Of a DNA stretch of 64,000 nucleotides, positions 24,667-35,729 are shown one piece after another. The stretch spans positions 105,588,001 through 105,652,000 of the forward strand of contig NC_086108.1 of NCBI RefSeq assembly GCF_963921235.1. Reading direction: 5' to 3'. Positions within the stretch are counted from its first letter, which is position 1, and every line of letters begins with the position of its first letter. Below the pieces are notes generated by a model. It had not been told where the DNA came from. It saw only the letters and a program-made list of their open reading frames with translations, and did no database searches. The position numbers and the translations under genes are program-made. The DNA comes from Mobula hypostoma. Lineage: Eukaryota.

Positions 24667-27600
24667 GTCATCTTACGTATTTCCTGTGCGGCCTTAAATT
24701 TTGTAGTTTTTTTTAAATTTTATTCTGTTTTGCTTTTTATAATCATTTTATGTTAATAATCCTATTTTTTTTGTTGCTGTGTCTATTCATGAGTTTGAGG
24801 TTTATTGTGGTTTTTTTTAATATATACTTTCCGGCTTTTGTTCTGTTCTGTGTGTATTTTAATTGAGCTAACTTTTTTTTACTTATTTTTTACTGTTTTA
24901 CAATTAGCTGATCCTTTTCATATTTATACCTTTTTTTTAGGGAGCGTATACCGGAAGTCATGGGGGTAGTTTTAGCGCTTGCTTCTTTCTGGCGGGTCTG
25001 CTTTAGATTTCGCCTTGGGGTCCTGGGGTGGGGGGGGGTGGGAGGGGCTTCACGTTTTAGTTTGTTTCTCTTTGGGCTATATACATTATTGAAGTATTGG
25101 TTACGTCCTTTTCCCCGGTATCTTTTGTATGTTCTGTTTCCTCTCCGGGTCTGTGGGTCGCGCCTATTGTCAATCCTCCTTGTTATGGGTTGACTTTAGG
25201 ATTTATGGAGTCTATTATTAATTTTGTCTCCTGGAATACTAATGGTCTTAATCATCCTATTAAAAGGAAAAAAGTTTTTAAAGTGTTCCGGAGACTTAAA
25301 GCACAAATTTTATTTTTACAAGAGACCCATGTACGGAGGGGGGACAGACTACGTTTTTTCAAATTTTGGAAGGGACAACAATTTCATTCGAACTCCAATG
25401 CTAAGATTCGAGGCGTCTCTATCTTTATAGACTCCTCAGTTACTTTTATACAACAGGATATTATCTCTGATCCGAATGGTAGATTTTTATTGGTTAGTGG
25501 TTTATTATTTAATAAAAAAGTAGTTTTGGTTAATGTTTATGCTCCTAATATGGATTGTCCGGAATTTTATAAATCATTGTTTGATCAGTTTCCGAATTTG
25601 AACGAGTTTTCATTGATTTGGGGCGGAGATCTTAATACCTGTTTATCTCCAGCTTTGGACCGTTCGGCTCCTTTACGGACTTTACCTAATAAATCTGCAA
25701 ATTTGATTAATTTTTTCCTTTCTGATTCTGGGTCGACGGACATTTGGCGTTTTCTGCATCCTCAGGAAAAAGATTTTTCCTTCTTTTCACATGTTCATCA
25801 TTCCTATTCAAGAATTGATTATTTTTTCATTGATTCTCGTCTCATTTCTTCAGTGATTAAATGTGATTATGATTCTATAACCATTTCGGATCATGCTCCA
25901 CTTAAGCTTTCTATTAAAATTATGGCCAATATACCAAACAATAGACAATGGCGTTTTAATTCGCTGTTGCTTCAGGACTCGGACTTTGTTAATTTTATGA
26001 ATGAACAGATTGAGCTTTTTTTTACAATTAACCATACAGAAGATATTTCGGTTAACACTCTTTGGGACACTTTTAAAGCCTATATTCGGGGTCAGATTAT
26101 TTCGTATTCCGTTGCTTTGAGGAAGAAACAGAAGCAGGAGGAGATGGTAATTGTGGACAAGATTAAAGAAATTGATAAGAAATATGTTATGGCTCCTTCT
26201 GAGGAGCTATACAAACAAAGAACTGAACTTCAAATGGAACACAGTTTACTACTCTCGTCCTCGATTGTAAACCAATTAAAGAAAACAAGAAGTGATTTTT
26301 ATGTTCACAGTGATAAAATTGGCAAGCTGCTGGCTAATCAATTGAAATCTAATTATGTTAAATCTCAAATCAATCAGATTTATAACCAAAATGATCGATT
26401 GATATTGGATCATGTGGGGATTAATCAAACCTTTTGTGATTTTTATTCTTCTTTATACCAATCAGAGTCTCCTCGAGATTCTAAATATATGAATGATTTT
26501 TTAGATAAGTTAGACTTCCCTCTGATTTCACAGGATATGTCTTCTTTATTAGATACTTCCATTACAATGGATGAGATTAAGAATGTTATTTTTTCTATGA
26601 ATCTGGGGAAAGCTCCTGGCCCTGATGGGTTTACCGTTGAATTTTATAAATGTTTTGCTTCTTTATTGATTCCTTGGCTCTATAAGGTTTTTGAGGCTTC
26701 TTTGAAACTTGGTAAACTTCCGGAATCTTTTAATAGAGCATCAATTTCTTTAATACTAAAGAAGGATAAAGACCCTGCTCAATGTGCATCTTATAGACCA
26801 ATATCTTTATTAAATGTTGATTCTAAAGTTTTTTCTAAGTTATTAGCAAATAGACTAGAAAAAGTACTTCCTTCTATTATTTCGGAAGACCAAACGGGTT
26901 TTATTAAAGGTCGTTACTCTTTTTATAATATTCGTACATTGTTAAATATCGTTTATACTCCCTCACAAAATGTTCCTGAGTGTGTTATTTCTTTAGATGC
27001 CGAGAAAGCTTTTGATAGAGTAGAATGGCCTTATTTATTTAAGGTGCTTGAAATGTTTAATTTTAGCTTGAAATTTATATCCTGGATTAAACTGTTATAT
27101 TATTCCCCTGTAGCCTCGGTTCGTACTAACTCCTTAAACTCACCTTTTTTTCCTCTCTTTCGTGGTACTCGACAAGGCTGTCCTCTTAGTCCCCTATTAT
27201 TTGATATTGCATTAGAACCTCTTGCAATTGCTATTCGAGAATCTTTAAATATTACTGGGATAACTCGGGGATTAAAGTCCCATAAATTATCACTCTATGC
27301 TGATGATTTACTTTTATATATTTCTAATCCTGAGAGATCCATTCCTGCTGTTTTAGAGTTATTAGCACAATTTGGTCTTTTCTCAGGTTATAAATTAAAT
27401 CTTAGTAAGAGTGAACTTTTTCCGATTAATAAACATCTTCCCTTATATTATAAATTTCCATTTAAATTGATTAATAATTACTTTTCATATCTTGGGATTA
27501 AAATTACTTGTAAACATAAAGATTTATTTAAGACTAACTTTTTACCATTAATAGACCATATTACTCAACTTTCATCTAAATGGTTTCCCTTATATTTAAC

Positions 27601-29338
27601 TTTGATTGGTCGTATTAATGCAGTTAAGATGTTTTTTTTGCCAAAATTTTTATATGTGTTTCAGGCATTACCAATTTTCGTTCCTAAATCTTTTTTTGAT
27701 AAAGTTGACTCTAAAATTTCTTCATTTATTTGGCAGAACAAGAATCCGAGACTGGGTAAAATACATTTACAGAAAGCTAAGAGAGATGGAGGTTTAGCAT
27801 TACCTAACTTTAGATTTTATTATTGGGCTATTAATATTCGACATATGAAATTTTGGTTACTTGATCGGGACATACTATTTATTCCTAAATGGGTAGCATT
27901 GGAATTACAATCTGTTCAGGGTTATACACTTGGTTCTATTTTAGGTTCCTCTCTTCCTTTTGATTCGAAACGTCTTAAGCAGGTCTCTAACCCGATAGTT
28001 AAATATGCTTTGCGCATTTGGTTTCAATTCAGAAAATTTTTTGATCTTAATCAATTCGGGTTAGCGATTCCTATTTTAGGTAACATATTTTTTCCTCCCT
28101 CTTTTACGGATCGCGCTTTTCAAACTTGGAAGACTAAGGGTATTTTACGGTTTTTGGATTTATTTTTAGATGGTTCCCTTATGTCTTTTGAACAATTATC
28201 TAACAAATATAACTTATCAAGAATACATTTTTTTAGATATTTACAAGTTAGAAATTTCCTAAGTACTATACTTACTTCCTTTCCAATGCTTCCTCCTATA
28301 TATATTTTAGATTCGATAATTAACCTTAATCCATGTCAGAAAGGTGCATCGGCTATGATTTATAATATTATTATGAAACTTAGGAAAGCTCCATTTGATA
28401 AGATTAGGGTAGATTGGGAACAGGAATTGGGGCTTACCATTTCTGTGGATGATTGGGGGCAGATTTTACAATTAGTTAATACTTCCTCTATTTGTGCTAA
28501 ACATTCCCTAATTCAATTTAAAGTGGTTCATAGAGCACATATGTCCAAAGATAAGTTAGCGCGTTTTTACTCGCATATTAATCCTTTCTGTGATAGATGT
28601 TCGGGGCAGATAGCCTCTTTAACTCATATGTTTTGGTCTTGCCCTACTTTGGAAACTTTTTGGAGAGATATTTTCAATATTATTTCTAAGGTATTAAATA
28701 TAGATATCTCTCCTCACCCTATTACTGCTATCTTTGGACTACCTAAAATTTCTAGTAATCTTTCCCCTTCAGCCCGTAGAATGATTGCATTTCTTACTTT
28801 AATGGCGAAAAGATGTATTTTACAACATTGGAAAGAGCTTAATGCTCCAACTACCTTTTTTTGGTTTTCTCAGACGATTTTATGTTTGAATCTGGAGAAA
28901 ATTAGAAGTAACCTTTATGATTCTTCATTTAAATTTGAACAGATTTGGGGACCTTTTATTCGATATTTTCATTTAATGTAATATTTACCCTTCTTGTTTT
29001 CTCTTCACTGTTTTAATGGAGGTCGGGATTGAGGACGTGATTTTAAGTTTAACTCTGTTTGGTTTCAAGTTAGCCCATTGCTTTGCTTTGCTTTTAGTTA
29101 GTTGCACGGTGGGTTTTTTTTTGGGGTTTTTTTTTTCTTTTTTTCCATTGATATATATAAAATCTAGTATACTATTATGTTATCTTGGTTTCTTATGCTT
29201 AAATTACATTGTTTGTAGTATTTTCTTTTTGGTATTGTTATCTTTTGGAATTTTATTATACTTTAACATTGTATTAATGTTTATATGGCTTACCTTTTTT
29301 GTATACTTACTCAATAAAAAGATTTAAAAAGAAAGAAA
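24667..29338 (+). mobile_element. L1-clade LINE, 5'-truncated (no ORF1), recent insertion
   Basis: Perfect TSD GAGAATTCTTTCT at 24654-24666 and 29339-29351; AATAAA at 29313 followed by an A/GAAA tail; intact ORF2. Confidence 0.95.
25205..28981 (+). CDS. L1-clade ORF2: AP endonuclease, reverse transcriptase, C-terminal CCHC (1258 aa from first ATG)
   Basis: SWNTNGL, LQETH, VYAPN, GGDLN, SRIDY, SDHAP (APE); KAPGPDG, YRPISLLN, LDAEKAFDRVEW, GTRQGCPLSP, YADD (RT); CDRC-X8-HMFWSC. No stop or frameshift. Confidence 0.95.
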   Translation: MESIINFVSWNTNGLNHPIKRKKVFKVFRRLKAQILFLQETHVRRGDRLRFFKFWKGQQFHSNSNAKIRGVSIFIDSSVTFIQQDIISDPNGRFLLVSGLLFNKKVVLVNVYAPNMDCPEFYKSLFDQFPNLNEFSLIWGGDLNTCLSPALDRSAPLRTLPNKSANLINFFLSDSGSTDIWRFLHPQEKDFSFFSHVHHSYSRIDYFFIDSRLISSVIKCDYDSITISDHAPLKLSIKIMANIPNNRQWRFNSLLLQDSDFVNFMNEQIELFFTINHTEDISVNTLWDTFKAYIRGQIISYSVALRKKQKQEEMVIVDKIKEIDKKYVMAPSEELYKQRTELQMEHSLLLSSSIVNQLKKTRSDFYVHSDKIGKLLANQLKSNYVKSQINQIYNQNDRLILDHVGINQTFCDFYSSLYQSESPRDSKYMNDFLDKLDFPLISQDMSSLLDTSITMDEIKNVIFSMNLGKAPGPDGFTVEFYKCFASLLIPWLYKVFEASLKLGKLPESFNRASISLILKKDKDPAQCASYRPISLLNVDSKVFSKLLANRLEKVLPSIISEDQTGFIKGRYSFYNIRTLLNIVYTPSQNVPECVISLDAEKAFDRVEWPYLFKVLEMFNFSLKFISWIKLLYYSPVASVRTNSLNSPFFPLFRGTRQGCPLSPLLFDIALEPLAIAIRESLNITGITRGLKSHKLSLYADDLLLYISNPERSIPAVLELLAQFGLFSGYKLNLSKSELFPINKHLPLYYKFPFKLINNYFSYLGIKITCKHKDLFKTNFLPLIDHITQLSSKWFPLYLTLIGRINAVKMFFLPKFLYVFQALPIFVPKSFFDKVDSKISSFIWQNKNPRLGKIHLQKAKRDGGLALPNFRFYYWAINIRHMKFWLLDRDILFIPKWVALELQSVQGYTLGSILGSSLPFDSKRLKQVSNPIVKYALRIWFQFRKFFDLNQFGLAIPILGNIFFPPSFTDRAFQTWKTKGILRFLDLFLDGSLMSFEQLSNKYNLSRIHFFRYLQVRNFLSTILTSFPMLPPIYILDSIINLNPCQKGASAMIYNIIMKLRKAPFDKIRVDWEQELGLTISVDDWGQILQLVNTSSICAKHSLIQFKVVHRAHMSKDKLARFYSHINPFCDRCSGQIASLTHMFWSCPTLETFWRDIFNIISKVLNIDISPHPITAIFGLPKISSNLSPSARRMIAFLTLMAKRCILQHWKELNAPTTFFWFSQTILCLNLEKIRSNLYDSSFKFEQIWGPFIRYFHLM

Positions 29339-29946
29339 GAGAATTCTTTCTACGGTACGCCTATAGAAATTTGCAAGAGTCTTTGGTGCCATGACAAGTC
29401 TCCTAAAACTCCTAATGAAACATAGCCACTTGGTAATTGCTTCAATATGTTGGGCCCAGGATAGAATTTCAGAGATGCTGACACACAGGAACTTGAAACT
29501 GCTCACCCTTTCCACTGCTGAGCCCTCGCTTCAGGACTAGTGCGTGTTCCCTCAACTTCCACTGCTTGAAGTCCACCATCAGTTCTTTAGTCTTAATGAC
29601 GTTGAGTGCAAGATTTGTGTTGTGAGACTAATTAACCAGCTGAACTATCTCATTGGTAGATTAGTAAGGGTATGAAAGGTTATGGGAGAAGGCAGGAGAA
29701 TGGGGTTGAGATAGACAATAAATCAGCCACGGTGGAATAGCAGTCAAACATGATGGACTGAGTGGCCTAATTCTGCTCCTGTGTCTTCTGGTCTTCTGGT
29801 CAGTGCTACAGTGCTATTCTGTCTCCAGTTCAAGCACTATTATCTGAATTTGAGTTCTGCAGTATGCACGGAGGGGTTTGAACTTCTTTGTGAATATCCA
29901 GATGTCATGATTATTAGCCCAGCCATGTATCCTCTGCATAAGCATA

Positions 29947-30499
29947 CACTCAGTGGCCATCTTATTAAGTACCTCCTGTATCTAATACAGTGCTCACTAA
30001 GTACGGGCATGTTTGTGGTCTTCTGTTGCTGTAGCCCATCCACTTCAGAGCTTGATGTGTTGTGTATTTAGAGATGTTCTGCACACCACTGTTGTAATGT
30101 GTGGTTATTTGAGTTACTGTTGCCTTCCTTTCAGCTTAAACCAGTCTGGCCATTCTCCTCTAAACTCTCATTAACAAGGCATTTTTGCCATCAGAACTGC
30201 CACTTGTTGAATGTTCTCTGTTTCTCTCAACATGCTCAGGAGACTCAGGAGACTGTTGTGCATGAAAATTCCAGGATTTCTGCGATATTTAAACTACCTT
30301 GTCTGACACCAACAATCATTCCACAGTCACATAGATTACACTTCTTCCCCATTCTGATGTTTGGTCTGAACAACAACTGAACCTCCTGGTCATGTCTGCA
30401 TGCTTTTATGCATTGAGTTGCTGACACACAATTGGCTAATTAGATATTTGCATTAATGAGCAGGTGTACAGGTGTACCTAATAAATTGGCCACTGATTG
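29947..30499 (-). mobile_element. Internally deleted Tc1/mariner element with both TIRs
   Basis: TA|CACTCAGTGGCCATCTTATTAAGTAC ... GTACCTAATAAATTGGCCACTGATTG; N-terminal transposase remnant MGKKCNLCD...GMIVGVRQ. Confidence 0.85.
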
Positions 30500-31834
30500 T
30501 GCCTCTGAAGTGAATAATGTTTGCTGGTTTGAGACAATACAGCACAAATTAGAACATCCAGTCTATAACAACAGAGCCAACACGCATATAGACTACAATT
30601 TCTACCTTGCAAATAAATTATCACCTCTTTTGATGCATATACGCTATGTCCAAACATTGTGAAGATATTACAATATAGGGTTCATAAAAACATGAAGTGC
30701 TGAAATACTCATCAGGTTAGGCGACATCTGTGAAGGGAGAAACTGACATAACCCTTCAGGTTGAAGACACTTCATCATAGGGTGGCAGAGTGAGCACAAT
30801 CACTTTACAATGCCAGCAATCACCAATTGGGGTTCAATTCCTGCTGCTGATCAGGGTTCAAATCTCACCACTGTCTGTAAGGAGTTTGACCGTTCTCCCT
30901 GTGACCACATAGATTTTCTCCAAGTGTAATGGTTTCCTCCCACACTCCAAAGACATATGGGTTAGAGTCAGTGAGTTGAGGGTACGCTATGTTGGCGTTG
31001 GAAGCGTGGTGACACTTGTGGGCTATGCTGTGCGATGGTCACTGAGTTGACTTGCCACAAATGACACATTTCACATCTACATGCTCTGATGTGCATGTGG
31101 CGAATAAATCTGATCATTTATAAATCTAATCTTTGTAAAGCTTTTGGCAACTGTGGCTGCTTCTCAAACAGAGTTTTGAGAGATGGAGTCCCACTTCTAT
31201 TACCAAAACCCCACAAGGATTGAGGGACATTTTGCAACTTAAGAGCACTCCCTCCTCCATAAAGCATGCTCCATGCATTCTTCAACTGGAGAGTCAAAAA
31301 TTAAATCCTCTTGTTGATTGCGAACATCATCATCAAATGAATATCAACATGTGCTAAGGTTGGAGGATCTGGAGTGAAGCTTTCAAAAAGTTCATCTGCT
31401 TTGTCTAATGTGAATTCCATCTACTGATACGAAGCATTCTGATGGTTTGACAGCTGTAGGAAGTTATTTGAATATACTGGATACATTTACACTTGGGAGA
31501 CTAATTTATAACTAACTATAGTAATATTTCAATGAAAATTATCGGTGGTGCTGCACTCTGGCCATATTTCAAAGTTATTAAAAACGAACTCAGAAAATTC
31601 TTATTAACATATGCCATCCTTTGGAATAAATTAAAATATTCCTTGAGTATAATGCACAGCTTTGGCAATGAAGAATTCATCACATGAATAGAGCAATCAG
31701 ACATGTACTTAAGTTTGCTCATACTCATGAAAATCAACTTCTGTGACTTCAGACTTTGTCAGCACCAGGTGCTTCTTGTTTTCATAATGGCAACCTATCC
31801 CATGGTCCTTTGGTCTCTAGGACACTACAGAGTT

Positions 31835-32255
31835 CACCTTCTCTCTCTTTGGCATTGCCCATTATGGATTTCCTCTTACCCCTTCTCACATGTCTATCAC
31901 ATCCCTCTGGTGCCTCTCCTCCTTCTCCTTCTCCCAAGGTCCATTCTCCTCTCCTATCAGCTTCCTTCTTCTTCAGCCCTTTACTGCTTCCACCTATCAT
32001 CTCCCAGCTTCTTATTTCATCCCCATCCACCACCCATCCTCCTTCTCCCTCACCTGGCTCCCTCAATTAGCTTGTACTCCTTCCTATTTTGCCTCCCACC
32101 ACCGCCCCCCCCCCAGTTTGTTTCCAGTCCTGATGAAGGGTCTCAGCCTGAAACATCGACTCTCTGTTTATTTTCATAAATGCTGCCTGACCTGCTGAGT
32201 TCCTCCAGCATTTTGTGTGTGTTGCTCTGGATTTCCAGCATTTACAGAATCGCTC
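31835..32255 (+). mobile_element. Penelope-like 3' terminal repeat
   Basis: Pyrimidine-rich tract, then the hammerhead motif, then the gctgcctgacctgctgagttcctccagc tail shared with other PLE copies. Confidence 0.75.
32125..32161 (+). ncRNA. Minimal type I hammerhead ribozyme motif (best preserved copy)
   Basis: CAGTC-CTGATGA-AGG-GTCTCAG-CCT-GAAA-C-ATC-GACT: core intact, stem I AGUC/GACU, stem II AGG/CCU, NUH = AUC. Confidence 0.7.
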
Positions 32256-32764
32256 ATGTCCAGAGTCATAATTAGGTTTATTATCAGGTTTTATGGCTTA
32301 AATATCATGAAATTTGTTGATTTATGCCAGCAATATAGTGCAAAGACATAAAACTATTGCAAATTACCAAGAAAAGTAAACAGTGAAAATGAAAGGAATA
32401 ATGTGGTGGTGAAATCTGATGGCAGAGGGGAAGAAGCTGTTTCTGAATTATTGAGTGTGGGTCTTCAGGCTCCTGTACTTCTTCCCAAATGGTAGTAATG
32501 AAAAGAGGGCATGTTCTACATGGCAAGGGTCCTCAGTGAGAAACTTCCTGAGAAACCAGTGCTCGAAATGTCGTCAATGGTGCAGAGGGATGTGCTCTTG
32601 GTAGAGCTGGCTGAGTCTATCCAATGTATAACTTGAAAGGTAACAACAATAACATTTATCGAGCACTTTTCATACAGATGATACAGTTCAAAATACTTAA
32701 CAATGGGATAAGGTGCAAGCATGAAATAAAATAAAAAATAAAAATAAACATGAAAAGAAAAGCT

Positions 32765-33140
32765 TAAACATGAGCAATTCTGCAGATGCTGGAAATCCTG
32801 AACAACCAACACAAGATGCTGGAGGAACTCAGCAGGTCAGGCAGCATCTATGGAAACAAGCAGACTTTTGATGTTTCGAGTCAAGACCATTCTTCAGGAC
32901 TGAGAAGGAGGGGGGAGGGAAAAGCCAGAAAAAAAAGGTAGCGGGAGGAGAAAGAAGCTAGCTGGAAGGTGAAGTCAGATGGGTGGGAAAGGTCGAGAGC
33001 TGGAAAGGAAGGAATAGGAGAGGAGAGTAGAACACAGAAGAAAGGGAAAGAGGTGGGGACCCAGGGAGAGTGATAGGTGAGTGAGAGGAGGTAAAGGTTA
33101 GAGTGGGGAATGGAGGAAGCGAGGGAGGATGGGGGAAATA
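32765..33140 (-). mobile_element. Penelope-like 3' terminal repeat (degenerate)
   Basis: Reverse-complement homolog of 31835-32255, with a decayed hammerhead at about 32866-32902. Confidence 0.7.
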
Positions 33141-33587
33141 AAAGACAAAAAGATGTTGGTTAAAAGCAAATTTAAATACATAGTTTTTGAGCTGGCTTTT
33201 AAAAGTGTCATCTGAGACTGCATCCCCTACAGTTTTAGGTATTGAATTCCACAGTTTAGTAGTGAAAGTCAAAAGGTTGACTTGCCAATTATATTTTGAG
33301 GGAGATCATTAGTAGACGAGGATCTGAGAGCTCAAGCAGGGTTATTAAATGAAAATGATTCTGGTGATGTACTCTGGTCCCAGACCATTGAGAGCTTTAA
33401 AAACAAGTAAGCAAACTCTAAAATCAACTCTAAAAGATACAGGAAACCATTGCAGGCTAGGTTGGGAGTGATATATTCTTTCCTCCTTGTTTTAGTTAAA
33501 ATCTAGCAGAGGCATTCAAAATGAGTTGAAATATGTCAATAGAATGCTTTGTAAGGCCAGTAAAAAGTGCATTGCAGTAATTTAGTC

Positions 33588-34367
33588 CAGCGGTCCCCAA
33601 CTACCGGGCTGCGGACCTGTAGTGGACCACAAAGCATGTGCTACCGGGCCATGAGGAAACGATATGAGTCAGCTGCATCTTTCCTCATTCCCTGTCACGC
33701 ACTGTTGAACTTGAACACAGGGTTGCCAACTGTCCCGTATTTGCCGGGACATCCTGTATATTGGGCTAACTTGGTATGTCCCATATGGGACCGCCTTTGT
33801 CCCATATTTCCTCCACTAAGGTAGAGCGTTCCTATGAAACCTTTCATGCCGAAATGGCGTGAAGCGAAGAAGCAATTACCATTAATTTCTATAGGAAAAA
33901 TTTTTGAGCGTTCCCAGACTCAAAAACTAACCTACCAAATCATACCAGATAACACATAAAACCTAAAATAGCACTAACATATAGTAAAAGCAGGAATGAT
34001 ATGATAAATACATAGCCTAGATAAAATAGAAATAATGTGTGTACAGTGCAGTCGGGAAGATTAAGCCAAAACCGATTTATGGAAAAAAAATCAGCACGTA
34101 CGTGCATGCACACGTCACGCATGCGCACACAGGTGCCCGCGCAAGGCTTCATGGTCATGGTAGTCTCTCTCGAGGTAAACCCAAGTATCCTGTATTTGAC
34201 TGCTACTTTTGTCCCTTATTTGGGAGTGAGGAAGTTGGCAACCCTAACTGTAAAAGACATGTTGAGGTGAGTTTAACCCTACTTGAACACCCTCCCCCGG
34301 TCGGCCGGTCCACAAGAATATTGTCAATATTAAACCGGTCCGCAATGCAAAAAGGTTGGGGACCCCG
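33588..34367. mobile_element. Non-autonomous hAT (Charlie-like) element
   Basis: Termini CAGCGGTCCCCAAC / GTTGGGGACCCCG; 8-bp TSD atttagtc (33580-33587) / atatagtc (34368-34375). Confidence 0.85.
33718..34281. mobile_element. Second non-autonomous hAT nested inside the first
   Basis: Left end CAGGGTTGCCAAC; matching GTTGGCAACCCTA at 34234-34246; perfect 8-bp TSD cttgaaca at 33710-33717 and 34282-34289. Confidence 0.8.
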
Positions 34368-35729
34368 ATATAGTCTATTTGATATAAAGGCTTGATTTAG
34401 CTTTTCAACTTCATTATGTGACACTAGGTGATCGAAAACTTGCCCAGTTAGGTGGCAAGTTGGTGAGTCCAAGTCCTTCAATGCAGTCATAGTTGCCCTC
34501 AACTCCATTCTTCCGTGCTTGACCTCTGTGTATTGACTCTTTCGTGGTTCAAATGTCTGTTAAACACCACCCTGAATACATGGAATGACTCTGTCAAGAG
34601 TAGATAATTCCACACACTCACAGAGATTACATCCCATCTCCGTCTCCGAATTGAAACTAAGGGATTAGGCTCCAATGAAATCCTGGGGAAGATAGGTAAA
34701 TGGGGCTTGGTATGAGATAGGACACAGACAGATCCGTGCAGGAGCTCAGTTTTATGAGCTACGGATTAAATTGATGGACTAAATGATAAATGATGCAAAC
34801 CTAGAAAGAGTACAAAAACAATCAGGGATGTTTTTGAGACCAGGGGCTTGAGTGAGAAGGAGCAATAGAAAACCTGGGGCGTGGAACATTACAATAGCGT
34901 AGCCATTAGCGTAATGCTTTATATCAAAGGAGATCAGAAGTTTGTGGTCCAATTCCTACTGCTGATGATGAGAACGTTTTGCATTCTCCCTGTGATAGCA
35001 CGTATTTTCTCTGGGTGCTCTGATTCACAAATAACCACATGTTACAACCGTGGTGTGCAGAAGAGCATCTCTGAATGCACAATATGTCAAACCTTGAAGT
35101 GGATGGGCTACAACAGCAGAAGACCATGAACATACACTCAGTGGCCACTTTAGTAGGTACAGGAGGTAGCTAATACAGCAGCCAGTGAGTGTGTAATACA
35201 GAGCTATGGGTTCAAATCTCACCATGGAAATGATGGCACTTAACTTCAGTTAATACTCTGCAAATTTTAAAGAAAAAAAAGGCAGTAGCAATGCTCACAA
35301 CTAAACTGCTGAAACACTGATGTAACTTTGATTTAAGAATATTAACAATGCCTAGGAAATAAAAAACAAAAATTAAATCAAACTTGAATCTTAAAGAAAC
35401 TGCTAATAAAACCCATGAGACAAATAGATGATTGCATAACATTATTTGGCTCTCTGTGGCCCTTCAGGGAAGATAATCTGCCACTCTTACACAGTCTGGT
35501 CCAAGCCTGTTTCCAGATCCTACAATGCAATTGACATTTAACATCTTGGTCAGTTCATGGACAAGTAGTGATGGACAATATCTTCCAGCACTGTTAATGA
35601 CACCCACATCCTGAAATTATTCCCAATCAACTTGTTAATATCCAGTAATAATGCTGCAACCAGATAAGGCCAAGATAGAGAGGGTGTGGAGAGGATGTTC
35701 CCCACAGTGGGAGAGTCCAGGACTCAGAC

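Larger units (their letters stand above)
24225..29650 (-). mobile_element. Rex1/Babar fragment split by the L1 insertion (24225-24666 and 29339-29650)
   Basis: Joining the flanks restores KTLANFYRRTVERILTGCVTVWY on the minus strand. Confidence 0.85.
33140..34430 (-). mobile_element. L2 LINE 3' fragment split by the hAT insertion
   Basis: The minus strand reads ..LNYCNALFTGLTKHSIDIFQLILNASAR, the L2 'SRLDYCNALL...LQLIQNAAAR' region. Confidence 0.7.

Noticed and set aside
25097..25204. N-terminal 36 aa of the 1294-aa ORF call
   Set aside because: Starts at a non-ATG codon; APE homology begins just after the ATG at 25205.
31703..32198. Overlapping 94-158-aa ORFs
   Set aside because: Low-complexity pyrimidine tract of a Penelope 3' region.
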